DNA from: Lachnospiraceae bacterium
GTDB taxonomy: Bacteria > Bacillota > Clostridia > Lachnospirales > Lachnospiraceae
Assembly: GCA_045600845.1 (NCBI GenBank)
Contig: JAZRYR010000026.1
Span: 1,234 to 65,233, forward strand
Length of the DNA stretch: 64,000 nt
Reading direction: 5' to 3'
The translations under genes and the position numbers were made by a program. This document shows, one piece after another, positions 29,053 through 38,687 of the stretch (position 1 is its first letter; each line of letters begins with the position of its first letter). The notes under the pieces are model-generated. The model was not told the DNA's origin and made no database searches. It saw only the letters and a program-made list of their open reading frames with translations.

Positions 29053-29471
29053 TAAAGTGATAGTACAATATACTCCTTAAACCTGTCAGAAATTTCAGAT
29101 GCATCTAATGATAAGCTTACAATAAAATCAACGCCTAGTTTATTCGCCAGAATAATCAATTTATCAATAATTTCATCTACATTCTGATTCTCCGCATTGG
29201 CCAGAGTCAGAAAACTGTCAAAATAGATTGCTTCTATGTCATTATTTCCGGATATCAAGCCACAAACAAATCCCATAAGAACTTCAAAACTGGAAACCGG
29301 ATATTCTAAAACATTAATCAAACGGATATTTCTATCTAATTCAAACATGTGCTTGGCATTCTTATCAAGATAAATTACAACGCCGTCAGAGTTTTTCGCT
29401 TCTTCATTCGCATTATCTAACAGAAATTTTGTTTTTCCTTTACCTTTTGCGCCCATAACAAGTTTGACCAT
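29052..29471 (-). CDS. Small P-loop NTPase of unknown function
   Basis: At 139 aa it has a Walker A motif (GAKGKGKT) and a Walker-B-like motif (IEAIYFDSF). Its stop overlaps the downstream start. Confidence 0.5.
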   Translation of the reverse strand: MVKLVMGAKGKGKTKFLLDNANEEAKNSDGVVIYLDKNAKHMFELDRNIRLINVLEYPVSSFEVLMGFVCGLISGNNDIEAIYFDSFLTLANAENQNVDEIIDKLIILANKLGVDFIVSLSLDASEISDRFKEYIVLSL

Positions 29472-29491
29472 AATTACATTACCTCCAAGTA

Positions 29492-29887
29492 TTATTTATA
29501 TGCGTTTCGCCAATCTAAATCACCACGGTTGATTGCCATTATAAGAATTTCCGCTGTCGCAACATTTGTTGCTAAAGGAATATTGTGCATATCGCAAAGA
29601 TCATAAACGCGGGCATAATCCAACTCGTTCTGACGCATCTTTATCGGGTCACGCAAAAAGATAACCGCATCGATCTGGTTACATTCAATCTGAGCGCTCA
29701 TCTGACGCCCGCCACCCAAATGTCCTGCAAGGAACTTATGGATATTCAGGTTCGTAACATCTTCAATAAGACGACCCGTAGTACCAGTAGCATACAGCTC
29801 GTGTTTACTTAAAATACCTTTATAAGCAATACAGAAATTCTGCATTAATTCTTTTTTTGAATCATGTGCAATCAATCCAATATTCAT
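29492..29887 (-). CDS. mgsA: Methylglyoxal synthase
   Basis: The translation includes MNIGLIAHDSKKELM...LYATGTTG...GGRQMSAQI...IFLRDP. Confidence 0.9.
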   Translation of the reverse strand: MNIGLIAHDSKKELMQNFCIAYKGILSKHELYATGTTGRLIEDVTNLNIHKFLAGHLGGGRQMSAQIECNQIDAVIFLRDPIKMRQNELDYARVYDLCDMHNIPLATNVATAEILIMAINRGDLDWRNAYK

Positions 29888-29906
29888 AACTATATTTTAT
29901 CAAAAA

Positions 29907-30608
29907 TCAGTTATTTATCAATCCCGTTTCTTTAAAACTTGTGTATTTTCTGTCACCAATAATGATATGATCTAAAACCTGAATACCAATCAGTTCCCCG
30001 GCCTCCACTACTCTCTTTGTTGCTGCAATATCATTTTTGCTGGGTTTTGTGTTTCCACTGGGATGATTATGAACCAGAATAATATTAACAGCATCATGAT
30101 CCAGCGCCGCAATAAAAATTTCTCTGGGAGAAAAAAGCGCAGAATTAACAGTACCCTGCGAAATCGTAATATCTTTAATCAACTCACAGGCCGAATTCAA
30201 TAACAGCAAGATTACCATCTCGTTTTTACTATGGCGCATCCGCTCCATATAATATTGTGCAATGGATTCCGGGTCTGACATTAAAAGCATTTTTCTTCTG
30301 CTGGTATTCGAAATCCGCTGAGACAGCTCCGCTACCGCTTTCACCTGTAAAGCCTTCACAACACCAACGCCATGGATGGAAAGAAGATCTTTCATATCCA
30401 GATATTGGATATTCAGAATGTCCTGTTGGTTAATGTCTTCAAACCCTAAGATATTTTCAGCCACCTCTACGGAACAATTTTCTTTCGTTCCCGTACGAAG
30501 AATAATTGCTAACAGTTCCGCATCGGTAAGTGATGCCGGACCATATTTCAGAAATTTTTCATCTGGTCTGTGATCCGGCTGTAATTCCTTCATTGTTAAT
30601 CTATTCAT
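29907..30608 (-). CDS. radC: RadC-family JAMM-motif protein
   Basis: It has an HhH region (LSIHGVGVVKA) and the JAMM motif ILVHNHPSGNTKPSKND. Confidence 0.85.
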   Translation of the reverse strand: MNRLTMKELQPDHRPDEKFLKYGPASLTDAELLAIILRTGTKENCSVEVAENILGFEDINQQDILNIQYLDMKDLLSIHGVGVVKALQVKAVAELSQRISNTSRRKMLLMSDPESIAQYYMERMRHSKNEMVILLLLNSACELIKDITISQGTVNSALFSPREIFIAALDHDAVNIILVHNHPSGNTKPSKNDIAATKRVVEAGELIGIQVLDHIIIGDRKYTSFKETGLINN

Positions 30609-30638
30609 AGTGCCTCCTTGGTGTAGGCACCCTCGTGA

Positions 30639-31892
30639 CTATGAAATCTGTAAAACAGACTGTAAAGCCTTTAACAAAGCATATTTTCCATTCTCATAGG
30701 TTAATCCACCCTGAAAATATACCGTATAAGGCTCCCGTAAAGGTCCATCCGCAGAAAGCTCGATGGAAGATCCATTCATAAAAGCTCCGCTGGCCATAAT
30801 AACTTTATCACTATAAGCCGGCATTTCCGCAGGAACTGGTCTTACATAACTATCCACATAAGATGCAGCCTGAATTGCTTCACAGAATTTAATAACTTTT
30901 TCCGGAGATAAAAGGTCGATGGCTTCCACGATGCAATGATGGATCTCCTTCGATTTTGGAGAAGTCTGATATCCATATTCTTCAAAAATAGCTGCCGCAA
31001 AATGAGCATTTTTCAAAGCTTCCGCTACAACCTTTGGAGCTAAAGAAAGTCCCTGGAACAGCGCTTTTAAAGTACCAAGGGAACCTCCTACTTCCTTACC
31101 AAGTCCTGGCGCCGTAAGACGATAGGAGCATCTTTCAATAAGATCCGCTCTTCCGACAATGTATCCTCCCATAGGAGCCAATCCGCCTCCAGGATTCTTT
31201 ATCAAAGAACCGACACAGATATCCGCACCTACATCGGTAGGTTCGATTTCTTCTACAAACTCTCCATAACAGTTATCTACAAAAACAATAATATTTTCAT
31301 TAATATTTTTAATAAACTGTGCAGCTTCTTTTACCTGGTCACAGCTGATGGTTGGTCGGTTTACATATCCTTTGGAACGCTGGATATATGCGATTTTTGT
31401 TTTATCAGTAATTGATTTCCGGATATTATCATAATCAAACTGGCTGTTCTGAATCAACGGAATAATGGAATGTGTAATACCATATTCTTTTAAAGAATTC
31501 GGGCTATCTGTAATCCCGATGGACTGCTCCAGACTGTCATACGGCTTCCCTGTTAAGAATACAATATGGTCACCCGGAAGAAGAATTGCCGAAAGAGCCA
31601 AGAACAAAGCGTGGGTTCCACAGGTAATCTGGGTTCTTACCAAAGCGTCTTCCGTATGGAAAATATCCGCATAAACCTGCTCCAATTTTTCCCGGCCCAT
31701 CTCATTGTATCCATATCCGGAGCTGGCATTAAAGTCCGCCTCACATACACTGTTTTTTTGAAAAGCCGATAAAACTTTATATTGATTCGCTTCGGAAATC
31801 TCTTCAATCTTTCGAAACATATCCACTAATTCATTTTCTTTTTGTTCTGCAAGATCAAGTAAGTTTTTCTCTATATCCGGATATCTAAACAA
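30639..31892 (-). CDS. Methionine gamma-lyase-like / aluminium-resistance family PLP protein (YnbB-like)
   Basis: It is 417 aa. The translation includes SGYGYNEMGREKLEQVYADIF and GSLIKNPGGGLAP (the lysine region). It holds the conserved position downstream of miaA. Confidence 0.75.
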   Translation of the reverse strand: MFRYPDIEKNLLDLAEQKENELVDMFRKIEEISEANQYKVLSAFQKNSVCEADFNASSGYGYNEMGREKLEQVYADIFHTEDALVRTQITCGTHALFLALSAILLPGDHIVFLTGKPYDSLEQSIGITDSPNSLKEYGITHSIIPLIQNSQFDYDNIRKSITDKTKIAYIQRSKGYVNRPTISCDQVKEAAQFIKNINENIIVFVDNCYGEFVEEIEPTDVGADICVGSLIKNPGGGLAPMGGYIVGRADLIERCSYRLTAPGLGKEVGGSLGTLKALFQGLSLAPKVVAEALKNAHFAAAIFEEYGYQTSPKSKEIHHCIVEAIDLLSPEKVIKFCEAIQAASYVDSYVRPVPAEMPAYSDKVIMASGAFMNGSSIELSADGPLREPYTVYFQGGLTYENGKYALLKALQSVLQIS

Positions 31893-32826
31893 TTTCTTTC
31901 TCCTTTAACATTAATAACATTTTATTCATCAGTTCTGGTTCCGATGAAAAATCTTCGTAGTTCAACCAGATGGTTTCTTTTTCTCTTTTAAACCAGGTAA
32001 TCTGTCTTTTGGCAAAATGGCGGGTACCTTGTTTAATTCTCTCTACCGCTTCTTCCAGGGAAATATTCCCCTGCAGATACTGGGCAATTTCTTTATAGCC
32101 CAGTCCTTGCATGGAAACCAGATCGGTTCCGTAGCCCTTTTTCAATAAAGCATTTACTTCTTCAACGAGACCATTTTCAATCATCCGGTCCACTCTATAA
32201 TTAATCCGTTGATAAATTTCTTCCCGTTCCCGGTTCAATACAAAATAGGCATAATTATAAGGGGATTGTTTCTGACGCTGTTCCAGATTATGCTCCGATA
32301 TTTTTCCACCGGTTATTTTATGAAAAACCAAAGCCCGGATCACTCGTTTTACGTTATTCGGATGGATTTCTTCTGCCGCAAGAGGATCCACTTCGGAAAG
32401 CATCTGATGCAGCCTTTCCGCCCCTTCTTTTTCAAGAATATTTTCACAAAACTTACGGAAGTCTGAATCGTCCTCCTCTTCCGTGAAATCGATATCATAT
32501 AAAACAGCCTGAATATAAAAACCGGTACCACCAACAAGAATCGGAATTTTATCCCGGCCCTGAATCTCTTTTATATATTTCTTAGCCTGATTTTTAAATT
32601 CATAAACATTGAATTCTTCAGATGGGTCATATTCGTCAATCAGATAATGAGGAATCCCCTTCATTTCTCCCGGCTTTATTTTTGCTGTCCCTACATCCAT
32701 GCCTTTATATACCTGCATGGAATCTGCACTGATAATCTCTCCTTTGATTTCCTTCGCTAAAGAAATTGAAAGGTCCGTTTTTCCCACAGCCGTTGCCCCG
32801 GCAATAATAATCAAAGAATCGTTCAT
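31885..32826 (-). CDS. miaA: tRNA dimethylallyltransferase
   Basis: The P-loop GATAVGKT is present, along with SADSMQVYKGMDVGTAK and VGGTGFY. Confidence 0.9.
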   Translation of the reverse strand: MNDSLIIIAGATAVGKTDLSISLAKEIKGEIISADSMQVYKGMDVGTAKIKPGEMKGIPHYLIDEYDPSEEFNVYEFKNQAKKYIKEIQGRDKIPILVGGTGFYIQAVLYDIDFTEEEDDSDFRKFCENILEKEGAERLHQMLSEVDPLAAEEIHPNNVKRVIRALVFHKITGGKISEHNLEQRQKQSPYNYAYFVLNREREEIYQRINYRVDRMIENGLVEEVNALLKKGYGTDLVSMQGLGYKEIAQYLQGNISLEEAVERIKQGTRHFAKRQITWFKREKETIWLNYEDFSSEPELMNKMLLMLKEKEIV

Positions 32827-34661
32827 TAAAGGAGCCTCTTAAATTTTCTTTCCAACTCAGATTTTGACATTTGGATAATGGTCGGCCTTCCGTGAGGACA
32901 GTTATATGGATTTTCAAGCTGTAATAACTGGTCAATCAGAGAATTCGCTTCCGCAAAAGAAATTTTATTCCCTCCTTTTACGGCAGCTTTGCAGGCAGCA
33001 GACGCAATCCGGTCTAAAAGAAGCTCGGATGCCATGGTTGGGGAAATCTCCCCTAATTCGTCTAAAAAACTTAAAAAAAGATTGTTTTCATCCAGAGTAA
33101 ATAAATCCGCAGGAACCGCGGAAACCGCATATTCGGAGCCCCCAAAAGGACGGATTTCAAATCCCATTTCCTCTAACTGAGCCTGATACCGGTTCAAAGT
33201 TGCTTCCTCGGAAGAACTTAAAGTTACTACCAGGGATGGCATAAGATTCTGGGAATAATGTTTCTCATTTTTTATTTTATTTAAAAACTCTTCATATAAA
33301 ACTTTTTCATGGGCCGCATGCTGATCAATGATATATAAAGAGTTATTGTACTCCACGATCCAATAGGTATCGAAGATTTCCCCGATCAGGCGATGACTGC
33401 TTCGGGCTTCGGAGCTCAAAAAGTCCTTGCTGAATAATTCAGTCTGAATATATTTTGCGGTCTCTTTTTCTTCTTCTATGAGCGGATCCGCCGGAAAAAT
33501 TGATGAAGAATTCACTGAATATTCCGTATCCTCCGACAGAAGCTGAAACTGCTGGATCCGGTGATGTTCAAAAGGTTCCGGCGCAGCTTCTTTTACGGGT
33601 TCCGGATCTGGTTTTAAAAACCCATTCTTCTTTTCTTCTTTCGCAGAAGAAATTGTAAATGCCGGAATGTTTTCCCGCTGTTTTAATCGTTCCGAAAGAA
33701 CTTCCACAATCCAGTTATATATCTTTTCATTATCAAAGAAGCGAATTTCCGATTTTGCCGGATGAACATTGACATCCACCAGTTCCGGTTCGATTTTCAG
33801 GTTCAGGATAGCAAACGGAAAGGTTCCTTTCATCTGATAACCTTTAAAAGCTTCTTCCACAGCACCGGAAATCACCCGGTCTTTCACATATCGTCCGTTA
33901 ACAAACATTAATTCAAAGGAACGGTTCGCACGGGCCAGTTCCGGTTTTCCTATAAAACCGGATAATTCCATCAGGGGGTCCGAATACTGAACCTCCAGAA
34001 GGTTGGCAGTGATATCTCTTCCGTATACCGCATAAATTGCATCTTTTAACACCCCATTACCGCTGGTGTTGATCTTAACGGACTTATTATTAATAAATTT
34101 AATGGCTATTTCCGGATGGGATAAAGCGATTTTTCCGACAATATCAGAAATATAACTTCCCTCGGTATGCGGCGTTTTTAAAAACTTCAAACGGGCAGGG
34201 GTATTATAAAAAACATCTCTTACTACCACCGTCGTGCCATTTGGGAGACCCGCTTCGTCAAAAGAGATTTCTTCCCCGCCATAAATTTTATAGATGATTC
34301 CCGTCAGGCTCTCTGCGGTTTTCGTGCATAATTCCACTTTAGAAACTGCACTGATACTGGATAAAGCTTCCCCGCGGAAGCCCAGAGAATGGAGGAAAGA
34401 CAAATCCTCTGCCGTTGAGATTTTGCTTGTGGAATGTCTTAAGAATGCTTTCCGGATCTGCGATTTATCTATACCGCTTCCATTATCGGAAACACGGATC
34501 AAAGAAATGCCCCCATCTGCAATTTCAACCGATATCATGGTAGCACCGGAATCAATGGAATTCTCCATTAATTCTTTCACAATGCTGAGAGGTCTTTCAA
34601 TGACCTCTCCTGCAGCAATCTTATCGATTGTCAGTTTATCTAAAACATTGATTTCTTTCAT
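32826..34661 (-). CDS. mutL: DNA mismatch repair protein MutL
   Basis: It has a GHKL N-terminus (IAAGEVIERPLSIVKELMENSIDSGA, DNGSGI, GFRGEAL) and a C-terminal dimerisation and endonuclease region. The ATG at 34661 (MKEINVL) avoids overlap with mutS. Confidence 0.95.
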   Translation of the reverse strand: MKEINVLDKLTIDKIAAGEVIERPLSIVKELMENSIDSGATMISVEIADGGISLIRVSDNGSGIDKSQIRKAFLRHSTSKISTAEDLSFLHSLGFRGEALSSISAVSKVELCTKTAESLTGIIYKIYGGEEISFDEAGLPNGTTVVVRDVFYNTPARLKFLKTPHTEGSYISDIVGKIALSHPEIAIKFINNKSVKINTSGNGVLKDAIYAVYGRDITANLLEVQYSDPLMELSGFIGKPELARANRSFELMFVNGRYVKDRVISGAVEEAFKGYQMKGTFPFAILNLKIEPELVDVNVHPAKSEIRFFDNEKIYNWIVEVLSERLKQRENIPAFTISSAKEEKKNGFLKPDPEPVKEAAPEPFEHHRIQQFQLLSEDTEYSVNSSSIFPADPLIEEEKETAKYIQTELFSKDFLSSEARSSHRLIGEIFDTYWIVEYNNSLYIIDQHAAHEKVLYEEFLNKIKNEKHYSQNLMPSLVVTLSSSEEATLNRYQAQLEEMGFEIRPFGGSEYAVSAVPADLFTLDENNLFLSFLDELGEISPTMASELLLDRIASAACKAAVKGGNKISFAEANSLIDQLLQLENPYNCPHGRPTIIQMSKSELERKFKRLL

Positions 34662-34663
34662 GA

Positions 34664-37255
34664 TCAGCAAAGTTCTTTCAAATGATACAGAATATTCAAA
34701 GCTTCAATTGGTGATATTTTATCTACATCCAGCGATTTTATATACTCTTCCGCCTCACTGGATTTATCAATTACCTGCTCCATTCCTGCTTCCTTAACCA
34801 CCGAAAGCTTTTTATCCGATTCCCTAAACGTTATATCTGCACTACCTAACTGGCTTACAATCTTCTGGGCACGTTTTGTGATAGAGGATGGAACACCTGC
34901 CAAAGCAGCAACCTGGATACCGTAGCTCTTGTCGGCACCGCCACGAATAATCTTTCTCAGGAAAATAATATCATCCCCCTGCTCTTTGACACTGATACAA
35001 TAATTCTTTACCCCATCTATTCTTCCTTCCAGTTCCGTTAATTCATGATAATGGGTGGAAAAGAAGGTTTTTGCCCCACATTTTTCCTTATCGGCAATAA
35101 ATTCCACAACCGCCCAGGCAATACTCAAGCCATCATAAGTAGAAGTTCCTCTTCCGATTTCATCCAGAATTACCAAGGAATCCGCGGTTGCATTTCTTAA
35201 AATATTCGCAACTTCCGTCATTTCCACCATAAAGGTACTTTGTCCGGATGCAAGGTCATCGGAAGCTCCGACTCGGGTAAATATCCGATCACAAGTACAG
35301 ATATTCGCATAAGAAGCCGGCACAAAACTTCCCACACTTGCCATTAAAACGATCAACGCAAGCTGCCGCATATAAGTAGATTTTCCAGCCATATTCGGGC
35401 CGGTAATAATACTGACACGGTTCTCCTCATTATCGCTATAAGTATCATTTGGAATGAATAAGCCTTCCGACATCACTTTTTCCACAACTGGATGCCTGCC
35501 GTCTTTAATATCAATAATTCCCTGATCATTAATTTCCGGTCTTACATATTTATTCTGTTCCGCAACATAAGCTAAGGACGCATAAGCATCGATCTGGGCA
35601 ATGACCGAAGCCGTTTTCTGGATTCGTTTTACTTCGTTATTGATCTGGTCACGGATATCACTGAAAAGATCATATTCTAACGCAAAGAGCTTTTCTTCTG
35701 CGCCCAAAATCAGATCTTCCAGTTCTTTTAACTCATCCGTAATATAACGTTCTGCATTCACCAAAGTCTGTTTCCGGATATAACGCTCCGGTACTTTATC
35801 TTTAAAGGTATTGGTTACTTCAATATAGTAGCCAAATACTTTATTAAACTTAATTTTCAGGGTCTTAATACCCGTAGCTTCCCGTTCTTTTTCTTCAATC
35901 TGAGCCAGCCAGTTTTTTCCTTCAAATTTCGATTTTCTTAAAGTATCAATCTGTTCCGAATATCCTTCTTTAATGATTCCACCATCTTTAATGGCCAAAG
36001 GAGGATCTTCCACAATGGATCTGTCAATCAGCTGGGCGATATCTTCCAGACAGTCCAGTTCCTGATACAGCTCCTGCAGCAGAACACTATCATAATGACT
36101 CAAAGAATATTTAATCGCCGGAAGCATCTGAAGAGAACTTTTAAAAGCAATCAAGTCTCTCGGATTCGCTGATTTATAAGAAATCTTCGCCAGAAGTCTT
36201 TCCAGATCATAAATCGGACTTAAATATTCACGTAATTCATCACGATCAATCAAAGAACGGTTTAACTGCGCTACTGCGTCCTGACGAGCCTTGATTTCCG
36301 TTATATCAATCAATGGCTGCTCAATAAAGAAACGGAGGCGTCTCGCTCCCATGGCGGTTTTGGTTTTATCCAATACCCAAAGCAGACTTCCCTTCTTATT
36401 CTTTTCGCGCATGGTTTCTGTTAATTCCAGGTTTCTTCTGGTCGCAGAATCCACAACCATATATTTGCTGGTAGAATAAGTCGTCAGTTTATTTAAGAAA
36501 CTCAAGTTGTTTTTCTGGGTATCATAAAGATATAAAAGCAAAGCCCCAACGCAAGGAATACAGCCTGGAAAATCATTTAATCCCAGTCCGCTCAGATCCA
36601 TCACATTAAAATGCTTCTTAATTGTTTCAATGCACTCCTGCTGACTAAAATAGGAATCTTCCAACGTATACAAAGTAATTCCTAATTTATCTTTCAAAAA
36701 CGCAATATTAACCGGGGACATGCCAAAAGCCTTGTTGGATATAATTTCTGCAACAGGGAATTTGTTGATTTCGTCCATTAAACCGCTGTCGGAATCCACG
36801 GTAGTTGCATAAAAATTTCCGGTAGTGATGTCCACAAAAGAAATTCCATAAAAATCCGGTGTATAATAAACACACATCAGATAATTATTCTTGTCTTCAT
36901 CCAGAGCCAGATTGTTCGTATTGGTACCAGGTGTAACGACTTTTATTACATCACGTTTTACAATTCCTTTTGCCAGTTTCGGGTCTTCTAACTGTTCCGC
37001 AATCGCAACTTTGTATCCTTTCGAAACAAGTTTATTGATATAAACATCAACCGCATGAAACGGAACTCCACACATCGGTGCCCGTTCTTCTAGTCCACAA
37101 TCTTTTCCTGTTAAAGTTATTTCCAGTTCTTTCGATCCTACTAATGCATCATCAAAAAACAGTTCGTAAAAATCACCTAACCGATAAAAAAGAATGCAGT
37201 CACTATATGCTTTTTTCGTCTCAAGATACTGAGACATCATAGGAGATAATGCCAT
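34664..37255 (-). CDS. mutS: DNA mismatch repair protein MutS
   Basis: At 863 aa it has TPMMSQYL-type N-terminus (SPMMSQYLETK), FYELFFDDA, the Walker A motif GPNMAGKST, and DEIGRGTSTYDG. Confidence 0.95.
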   Translation of the reverse strand: MALSPMMSQYLETKKAYSDCILFYRLGDFYELFFDDALVGSKELEITLTGKDCGLEERAPMCGVPFHAVDVYINKLVSKGYKVAIAEQLEDPKLAKGIVKRDVIKVVTPGTNTNNLALDEDKNNYLMCVYYTPDFYGISFVDITTGNFYATTVDSDSGLMDEINKFPVAEIISNKAFGMSPVNIAFLKDKLGITLYTLEDSYFSQQECIETIKKHFNVMDLSGLGLNDFPGCIPCVGALLLYLYDTQKNNLSFLNKLTTYSTSKYMVVDSATRRNLELTETMREKNKKGSLLWVLDKTKTAMGARRLRFFIEQPLIDITEIKARQDAVAQLNRSLIDRDELREYLSPIYDLERLLAKISYKSANPRDLIAFKSSLQMLPAIKYSLSHYDSVLLQELYQELDCLEDIAQLIDRSIVEDPPLAIKDGGIIKEGYSEQIDTLRKSKFEGKNWLAQIEEKEREATGIKTLKIKFNKVFGYYIEVTNTFKDKVPERYIRKQTLVNAERYITDELKELEDLILGAEEKLFALEYDLFSDIRDQINNEVKRIQKTASVIAQIDAYASLAYVAEQNKYVRPEINDQGIIDIKDGRHPVVEKVMSEGLFIPNDTYSDNEENRVSIITGPNMAGKSTYMRQLALIVLMASVGSFVPASYANICTCDRIFTRVGASDDLASGQSTFMVEMTEVANILRNATADSLVILDEIGRGTSTYDGLSIAWAVVEFIADKEKCGAKTFFSTHYHELTELEGRIDGVKNYCISVKEQGDDIIFLRKIIRGGADKSYGIQVAALAGVPSSITKRAQKIVSQLGSADITFRESDKKLSVVKEAGMEQVIDKSSEAEEYIKSLDVDKISPIEALNILYHLKELC

Positions 37256-37256
37256 T

Positions 37257-38687
37257 TTATTCCATTAAGGATCCCATATAATAGAATCCCTTTGCCTCCG
37301 TTAACCGGACCGGAACAATCTTTCCAATCAGGTCTTTATTTCCTTCAAAATGTACTACACTATTATTACTGAGTCTTCCACTGAGATATTTTGGGTCCTT
37401 TGGATTTACCTCTTCTACCAAAGCTTCCCCAACGGTTCCTTCATATTTCATGGTCTGCTCTTTTCCTACTTCCGTTACCAGCTCCAATAAACGGTTAAAA
37501 CGGTCATTTACGACATCCTTTGGAACCTGGTTCGGCATGGCTGCCGCTTTGGTACCCGTACGCTTGGAATAGATAAAAGTAAATGCACTGTCAAATTGCG
37601 CTTTCTTCACCACATCCAAGGTCTCTAAGAAATCTTCTTCCGTCTCCCCAGGGAACCCCACGATAATATCTGTGGTAATTGCCACTCCTTCAATATTGGA
37701 ACGGATTTTTTCTACCAGTTTCAGATAATCTTCTTTTGTATATCTACGGTTCATTTCTTTTAAGATTACAGAACTTCCGGACTGTAACGGCAGATGTATA
37801 TGACGGGCAATCTTTGGAGTATTTTTAATGACTTCAATCAGCTCATCCGATAAATCCTTTGGATGGGAAGTCATAAAACGGATTCTCTGTATTTTTTCAA
37901 TTTTTGCAACATCCGAAAGAAGCTCCGGGAACCCATAAGCATAAGAATTTACATTCTGTCCTAAAAGCATGACTTCTGTTACACCATCGTCTGCCAGTCG
38001 TTGAATCTCATCCAGAATATCCGCCTTATCACGGCTTCTTTCCCGTCCACGGACATAAGGCACAATACAGTAACTGCAGAAATTATTGCAGCCATACATA
38101 ATATTTACGCCGCTTTTGAAGGCAAACTTCCGCTCGGAAGGAAGATTTTCAACAATTTTATCCGTCCCATCTAAAATCCGGATCTGCATGGACTGCTCAG
38201 CAAAATGCAGGAATAATAATTCCGCTAATTGATAGATATTATGGGTTCCAAAAATGATATTTACATGACGATAGCTTTTACGAATTTTATCCACAACTTC
38301 TTTTTCCTGCATCATACAGCCGCAAAGAGCAATCACCATGTCTTTATTTTTATCCTTCGAGCTCTTTAAAACTCCCAATCTGCCATAAACACGGACATTG
38401 GCATGTTCCCGCACCGTACAGGTATTGTACAGCACAAAATCCGAATCTTCGCTGGCACTTTCTTCATAGCCGATTTCTTTTAAGATCCCCAGGAGTTTTT
38501 CCGAATCTTTTGCATTCATCTGACAGCCAAAGGTATTGACACAGGCCGTAAGTTTCCGTCCCTTTTCTTTCTCCAGAACCTGAAGAATCTGCCGGCAGAT
38601 ATGAACAAAATAAAATTGTCTTTCCGGCTCTTCTTCCGGAGCATTTTTTAATATGGTATTTTTCTCTTCTTCTGTAAAACTAATCAT
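37257..38687 (-). CDS. miaB: tRNA-i6A37 methylthiotransferase MiaB
   Basis: It has the UPF0004 domain cysteines, the radical SAM motif CNNFCSYC, and a TRAM C-terminus. Confidence 0.9.
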   Translation of the reverse strand: MISFTEEEKNTILKNAPEEEPERQFYFVHICRQILQVLEKEKGRKLTACVNTFGCQMNAKDSEKLLGILKEIGYEESASEDSDFVLYNTCTVREHANVRVYGRLGVLKSSKDKNKDMVIALCGCMMQEKEVVDKIRKSYRHVNIIFGTHNIYQLAELLFLHFAEQSMQIRILDGTDKIVENLPSERKFAFKSGVNIMYGCNNFCSYCIVPYVRGRERSRDKADILDEIQRLADDGVTEVMLLGQNVNSYAYGFPELLSDVAKIEKIQRIRFMTSHPKDLSDELIEVIKNTPKIARHIHLPLQSGSSVILKEMNRRYTKEDYLKLVEKIRSNIEGVAITTDIIVGFPGETEEDFLETLDVVKKAQFDSAFTFIYSKRTGTKAAAMPNQVPKDVVNDRFNRLLELVTEVGKEQTMKYEGTVGEALVEEVNPKDPKYLSGRLSNNSVVHFEGNKDLIGKIVPVRLTEAKGFYYMGSLME

